Of a DNA stretch of 64,000 bases, positions 8,568 through 18,763 are shown piece by piece. Source of the DNA: Candidatus Latescibacterota bacterium. Its GTDB lineage: Bacteria; Latescibacterota; UBA2968; GCA-2709665. Numbering within the stretch: the first letter of the stretch is position 1; each line of letters opens with the position of its first letter. Below the pieces are notes generated by a model. That model did not search any database. It was not told the origin of the DNA and saw only the letters and a program-made list of their open reading frames with translations. The translations under genes and the position numbers were made by a program. Where the stretch lies: contig OZ250150.1 of NCBI GenBank assembly GCA_965237675.1, positions 3,264,001-3,328,000 on the forward strand, read 5' to 3'.

Positions 8568-10673
8568 TTACGGCGGCCCTGGGCCGGTGTCGATAACGAG
8601 ATTGCCGTAGTCGTCTACGTTTACCGTACACCCTGGGGGAATGAACGTTGTGGAGTCGATTTCCTCGACAATGGCGGGGCCCGGGAAGCGGTTGTCCGCC
8701 TTCAGACGATACCGGTCATAAATCGCCGTGGCTGCCCTGGCCGCGGACCCGGGCATGTGGACGTCGCGTTCGGCCTTCAGGGCGGCGTGCGCGGATGGTT
8801 TGCCTTTGGGAGCCCGCCGGTGGCTGGGGCGGGGAACGGCTCCCACGGCGGAGAGGCGTACATTGACGATTTCCGTGGGCTCATCCCGGGTTGCGAAACC
8901 GTACTGGCGCCGGTGTGCGGCGAAAAAAGCGGCGTTTAATTTCTCGGGAAGATCCTTTGACAACCGCCCGACGGGTACTCGAAGTTCGTAGGATTGGCCC
9001 GTATACCGCATGTCCGCCTCCCGGACGAATCGGATATTGGAGCGGGAGACACCCTCACTCAAAAGCAGGCGGGTCGCATTCTCTTCGAATTCGCGGTAGA
9101 TGCCCGAAAGGCCGGGCAGGTCCAGGTCGTCCGTTTTTGAAATGTAGGTACGTACGTAGTCGTGACGCAGGTCGGTAACGAGCAGACCGAGCGCCGTGGT
9201 AACGCCCGGGCTGGGCGGTACGAGTACTGTGCGGATATGCAGCGCCTTTGCGAGCGCGGCGGCGTGGAGGGGGCCGGCGCCGCCGAAAGCGACCAGTACG
9301 AACGCGCGGGGGTCCACGCCTTTCTGGACCGAAACGAGTTGAAGGATGCCCGTCATGTTGGCGTTGGCGATTTCAATCAGGCCGGCGGCCGCTTCTTCGA
9401 CGTCCATATTCAGGGGCCCGGCGATGCGACTCTCGATCGACTGTTTCGCGAGAGATTTGTGAAGGCGGAGTTCTCCGCCCAGGAAATAATCGGGATTGAG
9501 GCGGTCGAGAACAAGGTTTGCGTCCGTGAGCGTGGGTTCAGAACCCCCTCTCCCGTAACAGGCGGGTCCCGGCGCCGCGCCTGCGGATTGCGGGCCGACG
9601 GCAAGCGCCCCGCCCGGATCAACGTGGCCGATGCTGCCGCCGCCGGATCCGATTTCAACCAGATCGATGACCGGTGTTTTTACCGGATACCCCTGGCCCT
9701 TGTCCCGGGTGGTGGTTGCGACGGCGGCGTCGCCCACCTCGAATTCGGCGGCCAGGCGCGGTCGGCCGTCTTCAATGAGGGCAGCCTTCGCGGTCGTGCC
9801 GCCGATGTCCAGCGCAATAAGGTTTTCAAAACCGGCGAGTTGGCCGATGTACGAAGCGGCGATGACACCCGCTGCCGGGCCGGATTCGATGAGTTGTACG
9901 GGCTGCTGTCTGGCGGTGCCGGAGGCAATGATCCCGCCGCCGGAGGTCATCAGGAACAGGCCGGAGCCCGGGTTCACGTTCCCGAGCCGATCCTCCAGCC
10001 GTTCCACGTAGGCGCCCACCGCGGGAAGCAGGGCGGCGTTGACGGCGGTCGTGCTGGCGCGGGTATATTCGCGGTACTCGGGACAGATGTCGGAGGAGAT
10101 GCAGACGGGCAAATCGGGACAGGCTTCCCGGATGATTTCAGCGGCTCGGCGCTCGTGGGTCGGGTCTCTATAGGCGTGAAGAAAGCAGACGAGAATCGCT
10201 TCCGCGCGGTCTCTCGCCAGTTTACGGGCGGCACGGTACACGGCGCCTTCGTCCATCGGGACAAGCAGCCCGCCATGGGCGTCGATGCGTTCGGGTACGC
10301 CAATGCAGAGGTGCCGCGGCACGAGCGGAGGGGGTTTGTCGTAGTCGAGGTCGTAGAGGTTCGGGCGGATCTGCCAGGCGATCTCGAAAACATCGCTGAA
10401 GCCTTCCGAGGCGATGAGGCCTATCCGCGCGCCTTTTTGTTGAATGATCGTGTTGGTTGCCACGGTGGTGCCGTGTACCACGAAGCGCACCTGTTCGGCC
10501 GTGAGATCCTGGGTAGCGAGGCCCCGGGTATACGCCTCCATGAAAGCCCGTGACGGATCGTCCGGAGTGGATGAGACCTTGACGGGATGGAAGTCGCCGG
10601 ATTTTTCGTCCATCACCACGGCATCGGTGAACGTGCCGCCGATGTCGATTCCGATGCGGTATGAATCACTCAT
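8568..10673 (-). CDS. hyuA: Hydantoinase/5-oxoprolinase subunit A (ATP-dependent)
   Basis: IGIDIGGTFTD, HGTTVATN, ESGPAAG, DIGGTT, GPQSAGAAPGPACYGRGG, FGGAGPLH. Confidence 0.93.
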   Translation of the reverse strand: MSDSYRIGIDIGGTFTDAVVMDEKSGDFHPVKVSSTPDDPSRAFMEAYTRGLATQDLTAEQVRFVVHGTTVATNTIIQQKGARIGLIASEGFSDVFEIAWQIRPNLYDLDYDKPPPLVPRHLCIGVPERIDAHGGLLVPMDEGAVYRAARKLARDRAEAILVCFLHAYRDPTHERRAAEIIREACPDLPVCISSDICPEYREYTRASTTAVNAALLPAVGAYVERLEDRLGNVNPGSGLFLMTSGGGIIASGTARQQPVQLIESGPAAGVIAASYIGQLAGFENLIALDIGGTTAKAALIEDGRPRLAAEFEVGDAAVATTTRDKGQGYPVKTPVIDLVEIGSGGGSIGHVDPGGALAVGPQSAGAAPGPACYGRGGSEPTLTDANLVLDRLNPDYFLGGELRLHKSLAKQSIESRIAGPLNMDVEEAAAGLIEIANANMTGILQLVSVQKGVDPRAFVLVAFGGAGPLHAAALAKALHIRTVLVPPSPGVTTALGLLVTDLRHDYVRTYISKTDDLDLPGLSGIYREFEENATRLLLSEGVSRSNIRFVREADMRYTGQSYELRVPVGRLSKDLPEKLNAAFFAAHRRQYGFATRDEPTEIVNVRLSAVGAVPRPSHRRAPKGKPSAHAALKAERDVHMPGSAARAATAIYDRYRLKADNRFPGPAIVEEIDSTTFIPPGCTVNVDDYGNLVIDTGPGPP

Positions 10674-12424
10674 GAATTCGCACTCCGTTCGAGGCCCTCG
10701 CGCAGAACATGCGTCGCTTCGGCGTCGACGGTCCAGGTCCGGGCATTGTAGACGACACCATAGGTGTCGCGTGCGGCGCGCGGCGTTATTTTCCTGTCCC
10801 GGACGTCCCGCACGACGGCATCCGGGTCGCGTTTGTGCGGGTGGCCGTGGCCCCCGCCGCCCGGCGTCTGCACGCTCACGCGGCCGCCCTTGGGCACCGT
10901 GATGCTGGTCTTTGACGGCAACTCTTCAGCAGTGCCTTCCGGATCTCGGATGAACCGTGCGGGCCGACCGGGGCCACCTCCCCGGAGCCCCCACGGTGGA
11001 AACCGTGTGCCGTCTGAGAGAATGGTAAACGTGGTGTCGCAGTCGGGAAACTCAAAGTCCCGCCGGATACCCAGGCCGCCGCGAAACCGGCCGGAGCCGC
11101 CGCTGTTCGTGATGAGGCCGTAGTGGGCGAATCGGATGGGATAGTTGATTTCCACCTCTTCGATCGGCGCGTTTTCGGTGTTGTGGATGGTCGTCTGGAT
11201 GGCGTCGGGGCCATCTTTGGCAGGGCGGGCGCCATTGCCGCCGCCAACGGTCTCCATGTAGCAGTAAAACGCTTTTTTTCGCGGGTCGTTGCCGGCAAAA
11301 CCCAGGTTGCAGATAATGCCTTTGCCGCAGGCGGGAATCCTGTCCGGCAACACGTTGTGCAGGGCGGTGAGGGTAAGTTCCGCCGTGAGTTGCGCCAGTT
11401 CCCATGCGCCAACGACGGCGGCGGGCCACGTTGCGGTGAGCACGGTATTGTCCGGTCCGATGACTTCCAGGCATCGGTAAAGGCCGTCGTTAACCAGAAT
11501 CCGCGGATCGATCAGGCTCTTGATGACCACCGCAATGGCGGCCAGGGTATTGGAGCGGGTGGCGTTCAGCGGGCCGGTCTGCTGCGGCGCGGATCCCGTG
11601 ACGTCCAGTTTGGCGCTTCCGTCGCCGATGTGGACGGCAACGGCGATTTTGACCGGTTCGTCGTCGAATCCGTTGTTGTCGCGAAAACCTTCGGCCTTAT
11701 ACACACCGGCCGGCAGTGCGGCGATCTCGCGCCGCGCCCATCGCTCCGTGTAATCGAGCAGTTCGTCGAAGAAGGCTTCGACCTGGGCGATCTCGTAGCG
11801 GTCGATCAGTTCCGCGATGCGCCTTGCCCCCACGAGGTTTGCTCCCATCTGGGCGCGCAGGTCGCCTCCGGTCTCGTGAGGCGCGCGCACGTTCTCCAGA
11901 ATGAGGCCCAGAACGTCGTTGTCGATTTCCCCCCGCCGCATGATTTTCGTGGGCGGTATGATGATGCCTTCCTGGTAGATTTCGCGGTTTACTCCCAGGC
12001 TGCTCGGCGTGCTGCCCCCCACGTCGACGTGGTGGGCCATGTTGGCGAGGTACCCAAGCCGGGTCTTTCCTGCATAGACCGGCGCGATCAGCGCGATGTC
12101 GTTGAGGTGGCTGCTTCCGCGATGAGGATCGTTCAGGATGAGGCCGTCGCCGGGCGCGAGATTTTCGGCGCCGTATTCCCGGAGGGCGTTCGGGATCGCG
12201 TTCTTCATGGATGAGAGGTGCGGCGGCTGGGAGAAGGATTGTGCGACCACCCGGAATGCCGCGTCGAAGAAGGCGCAGGAGAAATCGGCACGGGTCTTGA
12301 TATTGGTGGAGTACGCGGTGCGGCGTATGGTATACGCCATCTCTTCGGTGGCGTTGATCAGTGCGTTCTTCATCACTTCGAAGGTGATGGGATCGATGGC
12401 GAGGTGAGATGATGGGTCGGACAT
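10670..12424 (-). CDS. hyuB: Hydantoinase B/oxoprolinase family protein
   Basis: DPITFEV...DFSCA, NDPHRGSSHLND, HHVDVGG, GRFRGGLG, TPGGGG; 4-nt overlap with hyuA. Confidence 0.93.
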   Translation of the reverse strand: MSDPSSHLAIDPITFEVMKNALINATEEMAYTIRRTAYSTNIKTRADFSCAFFDAAFRVVAQSFSQPPHLSSMKNAIPNALREYGAENLAPGDGLILNDPHRGSSHLNDIALIAPVYAGKTRLGYLANMAHHVDVGGSTPSSLGVNREIYQEGIIIPPTKIMRRGEIDNDVLGLILENVRAPHETGGDLRAQMGANLVGARRIAELIDRYEIAQVEAFFDELLDYTERWARREIAALPAGVYKAEGFRDNNGFDDEPVKIAVAVHIGDGSAKLDVTGSAPQQTGPLNATRSNTLAAIAVVIKSLIDPRILVNDGLYRCLEVIGPDNTVLTATWPAAVVGAWELAQLTAELTLTALHNVLPDRIPACGKGIICNLGFAGNDPRKKAFYCYMETVGGGNGARPAKDGPDAIQTTIHNTENAPIEEVEINYPIRFAHYGLITNSGGSGRFRGGLGIRRDFEFPDCDTTFTILSDGTRFPPWGLRGGGPGRPARFIRDPEGTAEELPSKTSITVPKGGRVSVQTPGGGGHGHPHKRDPDAVVRDVRDRKITPRAARDTYGVVYNARTWTVDAEATHVLREGLERSANS

Positions 12425-12602
12425 GCCTTATCTCCCTGACCCCCTTCCCGAGTGGGATGCGAGGGCAACAATTCGAGGTGTGTTATCCGTTGTGGTACGT
12501 CAGTGAATCTGGAGATTAATCCTCAAATCCGCACTGCAATACCTGGTTTTCTACATGCCGGATCTCTTGCCCGCTTCCTGCCCGCCCCTCACGGGCGGAG
12601 GG

Positions 12603-15600
12603 TCACCGTTGCCAGTGACCCGAACCGACGATCCGGAATCGATCCACGCCCGGGTGCAGCGCTGAAAAGGCGATCTCGTTCCCGGCGGATAGGTGTTCGG
12701 GAACGTCCAGGAGCAGGGCGTGTCGGGTGCGGATGCGGGTGCCCCATTCGTCCACGATGTCCTCCGAGATCAGGTCGCCCAGAGGTTGCAGGAGGGTAAG
12801 GCTTCGATCCGGTCCTACTTTGAAGATGTTGAGGTTGTTTTCTTTGCCCTGGATAACCGGGGGCGGCTCCACCCAGGCGCGGTCACTTTCGACGGCGGTG
12901 ACAAGCAGATAGCCGACGGCCAGGTGGGGAAAGCCGTCCAGATGCAGGGTACAGGCTCCGTCAGGATTCCGTTCGGCGGACAGGATGGTGTAGGCGGAGG
13001 CACGTTCGCGGTGGCGGATGGTGATGGTCTTTCTGAAAAGTGCGTCGGGATCCGCAATATCGGCCTCAGGTTGGATCGTCAGGGATTTCTCGACGTCGTC
13101 GAATCCGGTGAGTAGACCTTCGAGCGTGGGAAAGGGTTCGATCTTGTGGCCGTCGGCTTCGGCGGCCGTTCCGCCGACAAGAGCAAGAGCGCGGAGACCG
13201 TGTGCATCAAATGACGCAAAGGCGAGTTCGCCGTCGCTGTGCAGCGCGTGGCCGTTATGGGAGATTTTACAGGGGGCACCGGACGTGTTACTCACGATCA
13301 AATCCGTACCCCGGTTGTGAGTCACCTGTACACCGGCGGCTTCCTGATTTTCACAGGATAAACGGCTGACTTGTCTGATGAACGGGGCATTCCGGTAGGG
13401 TTCGTGGACGGCCAGGAAGGTGTTCAGGAGATGATGGTTTTGGCGGCGGACGGTGATGATTTTCATCTCCTCACCCAGGTCGCGGTTGTCCAGCCAGCGC
13501 TGGGCGGGGCCGTTGCCCACGATGATCTCGGATCCGGGCATGTCGAGCATGTGTAATTTGAGGAAGGCGTCCGGGTCGGTTTCCGGTGAGCCGTCCGCGT
13601 TCGGGTATTCGGTAACGTCGCCCCAGGTTGCCGTCCACGGTCCGTTGCTCTGACCAGCGCTGAGTTGCGTAACGCGCTGGGTGCCCCACCTGGCGCCGGC
13701 CCGGGGGGTGCGGCGAGACGGCGTGAAAGTGAAGCCGCTGTAGTCGTAGAGAGATTCCGCCGGGTCCGGCCGACCTGTGAGGTCGATGCCTTCGGTCGAA
13801 AAACGATGACCATTGCCGTGGAAGGTCCAGTCGTGCATGTGGCCGCCGTTGACCCGGAAGACGTCAATAACGTAGGCATCTTCGGGGTCGCTGTCAATGA
13901 GGGCGACGGTGCGCTGGTAGCGGTCGGTGCCTGGCACTTTGCCGAGTTCGTCTGCGTCCTCCTCCGCGGCATCGATGGCTTTGAATCCGGGTAGATCCAC
14001 AAAAAACCGAAGGTCTCCACGGAGGTTGTCCGTACCCATCGGGTCGCCGTCCCGGGTGCGGATGGCGACGGTGTTGTGGGCGGGGAAGGTTTTAATCCAA
14101 TCCACCGTCATAAAATGTGTGGAGCCCATGTAACCGAGGTCGGTGGCCAGTTCGTGGCCGATGGCGTAGAGCGTAAGGTTGAGGGGCGCCATGTGGTAGT
14201 GACCAACACGCTCCGTGAAGTCGAGTGAGAGCGTTCGGGTACGGTCTCCCTCGCCGCTGCGCAGGATGGCTTTGCGGTTCTGGCCCAGCAGGTGGGAGGG
14301 GAGGGGCATGGGGAGTCTGAGGGAGACGACGGGATCGCCCTCCGGATCGATGTTCAGGTACTCGCGATAGGCATCAGGGATGCCGCCGCCCAGGGTTTCA
14401 GCCAGGGCGAGCTGTTCCAGGGGCATGGCGGCCCGGATCACACAGTCTTCCCAGGTGATGGGGCGACCGTCGGGGAAGCCGGTCCTAAGGTACTGGCCCA
14501 AGCCGTGTTTGAAGACGGGCAGGGCAAGCATGTTGATTGCGTTTCGTCCCCCATCGTAATAAGGGGCGGTCCGGTCGAATGCGCCCTGCTGGCCGTGGCA
14601 TGCGGCCATGACGCTTGAAATTCCCCAACTGGTATAGGAGGGAGAGCCTTCCTTGCCCAGACCGTCGCCGGTAAAGAAATTATGCAGAAAGTAGACAATG
14701 TCTCTGGCGACGTTTTCGATGATCCGGTCGTCGCCGACAATGCGCCCGAGTTGCAACCTGGGCATCTGGGTAGAGGTGGAGAGGTTGTCAGCGCCGGTGA
14801 CGAGCGCGAAGGGGTGCAGCGTGTACTCCAGAATGCCGCGTTTGAGTTTTTGGCCGGAGGTCTGCAATTTCAGGGAATCGCCTTCGACGGACGTGACGAT
14901 GCGCTGGGCGGCGGTTTTCAGATCGGACTCGGTTTCGTCGAAGGATTCGGCAATCAGGCTGTAACCGACCATGAGATCCTGGGCTAGGCTGGCTTTCCAG
15001 TTCCACACGCCAGGGTAGATGGAAGCGCCTTTTGTACCGTAGCGGTCTCCGGGGGCGTTCAACGGGCGTTTCGGGTCGCCTTCAATATGATCGAACGGGG
15101 CGTAGAGGCGGTAGCCGGGATAGGATTTGTCCGGAGCGCCAGTCTCGTAGAAATCGGCGAGGCGCTCCTGCAGGTTCGTTTCGGATGTTTCCAGGAGTGC
15201 GGCAAGATAGGGGTCGCCCAGGAAGGCTCTGGAAAGCGTCACGAGGAGGACCCGGGCCTTGCGGGCATGCCGCCTTGCCGTTTCGGGGTCTGATTTTAAT
15301 CCTGCAGCATGGAAGGCTTCGCCCAGGCGATGGAGCACGTTGCCGGCCAGGTCGCGGAGGGTATTCATCCAGCAGAGGGCTTTGAAATAAAAGGCATTGG
15401 TGGGTTCTACATAGCCGTGGGCCTCGCCGTCCCATTGGTCCCAGGGGATCCCGTCGTGCGCCTGGCTCCAGGCTTCGTCGTGGTCCTCGCGCCACACTTC
15501 GTCCGTGGGAAAGCAACCGTCTCCGTCATCCGGGTACCTGGGGTTGGGATAAAAAGCGTATTCACGGCCGTCTGCCTTACAGTACGGACAGTGAAGCCGC

Positions 15601-15914
15601 CACGGGTCATCCAGGGACCAGTCGAAGTAGCTGTAGTACCGTACCCGGAAAGGGTGGATGGGACAGGCGCAGGTATAGATGCCGCGCGGCTCCCGATGCC
15701 AGATATTATCCAGGTACCAGGCATCGGGCCTGGCGGACCATTTTTCGGCTATGGCGAGAGACTCGTCTGCCCACGAGCAGATGTCCTGGTCTCCGCCGGC
15801 GTGTCGGCGGCGGATCTCGTCAAATGAAAGGGCGCCAATCCAGATGTTGGGCCGGTCGGGAAATGCGACAACGCGGTGACCCTTATTTTCGGGGGGAGTC
15901 CATGATGTGTTCAC
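12603..15914 (-). CDS. Large heparinase II/III-like (polysaccharide lyase-type) protein
   Basis: 1103 aa; EGSPSY, GHYH...LTLYA.G.ELATDLGY, AHNTV, YQRT...YVIDVFRV.GG...DWTFHG are Hepar_II_III-like motifs. Cys-rich N-terminus (CACPIHP, CPYC). Confidence 0.7.
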   Translation of the reverse strand: MNTSWTPPENKGHRVVAFPDRPNIWIGALSFDEIRRRHAGGDQDICSWADESLAIAEKWSARPDAWYLDNIWHREPRGIYTCACPIHPFRVRYYSYFDWSLDDPWRLHCPYCKADGREYAFYPNPRYPDDGDGCFPTDEVWREDHDEAWSQAHDGIPWDQWDGEAHGYVEPTNAFYFKALCWMNTLRDLAGNVLHRLGEAFHAAGLKSDPETARRHARKARVLLVTLSRAFLGDPYLAALLETSETNLQERLADFYETGAPDKSYPGYRLYAPFDHIEGDPKRPLNAPGDRYGTKGASIYPGVWNWKASLAQDLMVGYSLIAESFDETESDLKTAAQRIVTSVEGDSLKLQTSGQKLKRGILEYTLHPFALVTGADNLSTSTQMPRLQLGRIVGDDRIIENVARDIVYFLHNFFTGDGLGKEGSPSYTSWGISSVMAACHGQQGAFDRTAPYYDGGRNAINMLALPVFKHGLGQYLRTGFPDGRPITWEDCVIRAAMPLEQLALAETLGGGIPDAYREYLNIDPEGDPVVSLRLPMPLPSHLLGQNRKAILRSGEGDRTRTLSLDFTERVGHYHMAPLNLTLYAIGHELATDLGYMGSTHFMTVDWIKTFPAHNTVAIRTRDGDPMGTDNLRGDLRFFVDLPGFKAIDAAEEDADELGKVPGTDRYQRTVALIDSDPEDAYVIDVFRVNGGHMHDWTFHGNGHRFSTEGIDLTGRPDPAESLYDYSGFTFTPSRRTPRAGARWGTQRVTQLSAGQSNGPWTATWGDVTEYPNADGSPETDPDAFLKLHMLDMPGSEIIVGNGPAQRWLDNRDLGEEMKIITVRRQNHHLLNTFLAVHEPYRNAPFIRQVSRLSCENQEAAGVQVTHNRGTDLIVSNTSGAPCKISHNGHALHSDGELAFASFDAHGLRALALVGGTAAEADGHKIEPFPTLEGLLTGFDDVEKSLTIQPEADIADPDALFRKTITIRHRERASAYTILSAERNPDGACTLHLDGFPHLAVGYLLVTAVESDRAWVEPPPVIQGKENNLNIFKVGPDRSLTLLQPLGDLISEDIVDEWGTRIRTRHALLLDVPEHLSAGNEIAFSALHPGVDRFRIVGSGHWQR

Positions 15915-16140
15915 GGATAGTCGATCTCCAATCGGATCTGAAAAAACGCCATCGCAGAATTACGCGGAGTCAACCGGCGCCCCTGGCGCGGGGGGTCGAT
16001 TGCAGGGTGCTGGGGGATGGGTTCCGGGGAAAGGACACTCGGTCTTGCTTACCACGTCGGTACCGTCAGAAGTGCAGGCCTTCTTTTCTACCTCACTGTT
16101 ACCGGTAGACGCCGCGGACTGCCGGCTGGACGCGTTTGGA

Positions 16141-17430
16141 TCAGGAAGCCTCATCCGCCGCGATTTCCGCGAGACGCTCGCCGTGATTTGTCACTTTCGC
16201 GAAGGCCGCGGCAACCTGATCCACCCAGGCCGGGCTGGGGTCCACCGGTGTGGACAGCCAGAAGCATGAGTCGTGGATGTGTTCGCTGACCGGCAGATCG
16301 CCAGGTTGATACGGGATCCTGGCACCCTGAGGCAGGTCGCCCCATGGGCCGCCGAGGTCGTCGAAAGAAAAATCGTTGAAAAGCGGTTCCAGGTGCATTG
16401 CCCCGTAACCGAAGGGTGTGATGGCCGGGGTGGTCCCAACGCCTTCCGCAACGAGTGCCCTGAGTATGACGGAAACCGGCGCGCCGATTTCACGAGGATT
16501 GATAAGGCCTGTATACAGAAGGAGGCCTCCCCGAACCGCCTGCGGGTACGCCTCTTGAGGGTGTACGCCTCTGACGGATTCCAGTTGGCTGCTTAGCCGG
16601 CCGAACCAGGCGCGTCTTTTCTCGTTTAATCCGGGTAACCGTTCAAGCTGCGCGCGCGCCATGGCAATACCAAGGGGATTCGCCCGGTACTTGACGCCCA
16701 GGCCCATGTTGCGTAGCTCCCTGAATCTGTCGGTTACAAACTGCTTTTCGCATCTTCCATAGTGGCCCAGGGCCAGCATACGGTCGTAAAGGTCTCCATC
16801 GTCGGTCACGACCACACCCGCTTCGATCCCCGTGACCGGCTTGCTTCCCTGCAGGCTGAAGCAGCCGATGTGACCGAGAGAGCCGACGGGAGTGCCGTTC
16901 CAGAGGGCGCCGTGGGCGTGCGATGCATCCTCGATGAGCGTGATGTCGGTTCCGCAGACGAGATCCCGAAATGCGTCCATATTTGCGGGGTTGCCGTATA
17001 CGTGGGTAACGATGATCGCGCAGGTGTTCTCCGTGATTCGACGTTCGGCGTCTTTGGGATCTGCGCAGAAGGTACGGCGTTCCGCGTCGCAGAAGACGGG
17101 TGTTGCGCCGCAGTGCAGGATGGGCGTGATGCTGGCGTGCCACGTGACGGAGGGCACGATGACCTCTTTGCCGATTCGGGCGCCGGAGGCGAAGACGGCC
17201 GAGTGCAGGGCCGCCGTGCCATTGCAGGTGGCGATGGCGAATTTTGCGCCCGTGAAGGCACGGAATTCCTCCTGGAAACGGTCAATCTGGGAATAGGAAT
17301 TACCCATACCACCTTCCAGAACGCTCAGGACGGATTGTTTCTCCAGGCCCGTTATGGTTTGCCAACCATCATCCTGAGGCTCGGTCACCGCCGGAGAGCC
17401 GCCATCGATTGCCAGATCCGTTTTAGACAT
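16141..17430 (-). CDS. DegT/DnrJ/EryC1/StrS family PLP aminotransferase
   Basis: LAIDGG, NGTAAL, IEDASHAHGA, FSLQGSK (PLP lysine), EAGVVVT. Confidence 0.93.
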   Translation of the reverse strand: MSKTDLAIDGGSPAVTEPQDDGWQTITGLEKQSVLSVLEGGMGNSYSQIDRFQEEFRAFTGAKFAIATCNGTAALHSAVFASGARIGKEVIVPSVTWHASITPILHCGATPVFCDAERRTFCADPKDAERRITENTCAIIVTHVYGNPANMDAFRDLVCGTDITLIEDASHAHGALWNGTPVGSLGHIGCFSLQGSKPVTGIEAGVVVTDDGDLYDRMLALGHYGRCEKQFVTDRFRELRNMGLGVKYRANPLGIAMARAQLERLPGLNEKRRAWFGRLSSQLESVRGVHPQEAYPQAVRGGLLLYTGLINPREIGAPVSVILRALVAEGVGTTPAITPFGYGAMHLEPLFNDFSFDDLGGPWGDLPQGARIPYQPGDLPVSEHIHDSCFWLSTPVDPSPAWVDQVAAAFAKVTNHGERLAEIAADEAS

Positions 17431-17566
17431 ATCCCGTGTTCTCCCGGAAGTCGATCCGTGTGAACCGCCAACGATTCGTCATGCGCATCGCCCGTCATCC
17501 CGCGTCGGAGACAGGCCATCCGCGTCAGGTTAACGTGAGGGCGCCGGCTGCCGGTACAGGCGCTGC

Positions 17567-17595
17567 ATAATAGCATGCGCGATACGAATTGTCAA
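17567..17595 (-). promoter_or_regulatory. Sigma70-type promoter for the DegT-heparinase-hydantoinase genes
   Basis: Minus strand TTGACA-17 nt-TATTAT with TGn extended -10. Confidence 0.7.
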
Positions 17596-17618
17596 AGCGG
17601 ATGGCGACCGGTCGAGGC

Positions 17619-17647
17619 TTGACAGGGTTACCGATGTGTGTTATATA
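17619..17647 (+). promoter_or_regulatory. Sigma70-type promoter for the rhodanese-MauE-FG-GAP genes
   Basis: TTGACA-17 nt-TATATA with TGn extended -10; back-to-back with the minus-strand promoter. Confidence 0.7.
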
Positions 17648-17682
17648 TAGTCCGTACAGTTCATCAACGGGAGGCCTTCCAG

Positions 17683-18183
17683 ATGATTGGATTCAGGCTG
17701 GCATTGAAGGCGATCGTTATCTTGCTGGCAGGATCGGGCGTCGGCCTCGCTTACAACGCCCTGTCCGCCTCCGGCATTCCTCTACGGACACCCAGGAACC
17801 TGACGCCATCGGAACATGTGAACTGGAGCCTTTACCTGGAGGGTATCCGGGCAAGTCTTTCCGACGCGAAAGCGGCGTTCGACTCGGGGTCTGTAATATT
17901 TATGGACGCACGCATTCCACGCGCCTATGCGGCTGGACACATTCCGGGGGCGTTGAATCTGACGCCTCACGATCTCAACCGGGGCGACAGGAAAAAGCTC
18001 GAAGGTGTTTCCAGGGATGCCAATATCATCACGTACTGTGGCGGCGCCAGATGTCAGGCCAGCGTTAAGCTGGCACATCTACTGACGCAAGGCCTGGGGT
18101 TTACGCGCGTGCGGGCGTTCTTCGATGGTTGGGGGGCATGGGTCCGCGCGGGGTATCCGGTAGCGACGGGAGTAGACCGATGA
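17683..18183 (+). CDS. Membrane-anchored rhodanese-like domain protein
   Basis: DAR...YAAGHIPGALN, active-site loop YCGGARC, GWGAW..AGYPV; N-terminal TM helix; GGAGG RBS before ATG 17683. Confidence 0.88.
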   Translation: MIGFRLALKAIVILLAGSGVGLAYNALSASGIPLRTPRNLTPSEHVNWSLYLEGIRASLSDAKAAFDSGSVIFMDARIPRAYAAGHIPGALNLTPHDLNRGDRKKLEGVSRDANIITYCGGARCQASVKLAHLLTQGLGFTRVRAFFDGWGAWVRAGYPVATGVDR

Positions 18184-18638
18184 GTTGGGCCCGGTACGGA
18201 GTCCCGGTCGTTCTGCGCCTCGCCGTGGGCGGGGTGTTGATCTGGGCGGGGCTGGCAAAGGTGTCGGAGCCGGCGTTGTTTGCGCTGACGGTGAGGGCAT
18301 ACAACGTGCTTCCCCTCGCGTTCATAAACGGATTTGCGGTTGTGGTTCCCTGGATGGAAATCGCCGCCGGGGCGTGCCTGTTGGCGGGATTCTGGTCGCG
18401 CGCCGCCGCGCTTGCCGCCCTCGCATTGCTCTCGTCGTTCAGCGTCGCCCTCGTCGTGAACATCTTCCGCGGAGCAAATCTCGACTGCGGCTGCTTTGGG
18501 CTGGACGGCACGAGGGGTTCGCTTCACGGGGCGCTCGTGCAGGACCTGCTGCTGATCGGATGTTCGCTGGTGGTGCTGTTTGTGCGCAATATGCCGCTGT
18601 CTCTGGATCGGTGTCTTCTCAAAACTACCGATCCGTAA
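18180..18638 (+). CDS. MauE/DoxX family redox-associated membrane protein
   Basis: RLAVGGVLIWAGLAK, PWMEI, DCGCFG motif; ATGA overlap with the rhodanese gene. Confidence 0.88.
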   Translation: MSWARYGVPVVLRLAVGGVLIWAGLAKVSEPALFALTVRAYNVLPLAFINGFAVVVPWMEIAAGACLLAGFWSRAAALAALALLSSFSVALVVNIFRGANLDCGCFGLDGTRGSLHGALVQDLLLIGCSLVVLFVRNMPLSLDRCLLKTTDP

Positions 18639-18763
18639 GTGAGGCGGCATTCCAAAAGACTCAGTTGTCTGTATTGGCGTGTTCAGGTGCGGCGCCGTGT
18701 CCCTACGGTTCCGCCTTTCTGATTTCAGGCAGGAAGGATCATCCCGTTCCGGGGTATTGGGCG

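Noticed and set aside
15960-16154. 64-aa minus-strand ORF between DegT and the heparinase-like gene, considered as a peptide precursor
   Set aside because: Low-complexity Pro/Ser sequence, no RBS or family motif, and no modifying enzymes nearby.
18185-18763. Extension making the FG-GAP protein 1311 aa
   Set aside because: It overlaps the MauE gene in another frame; the signal peptide/lipobox begins at 18764.
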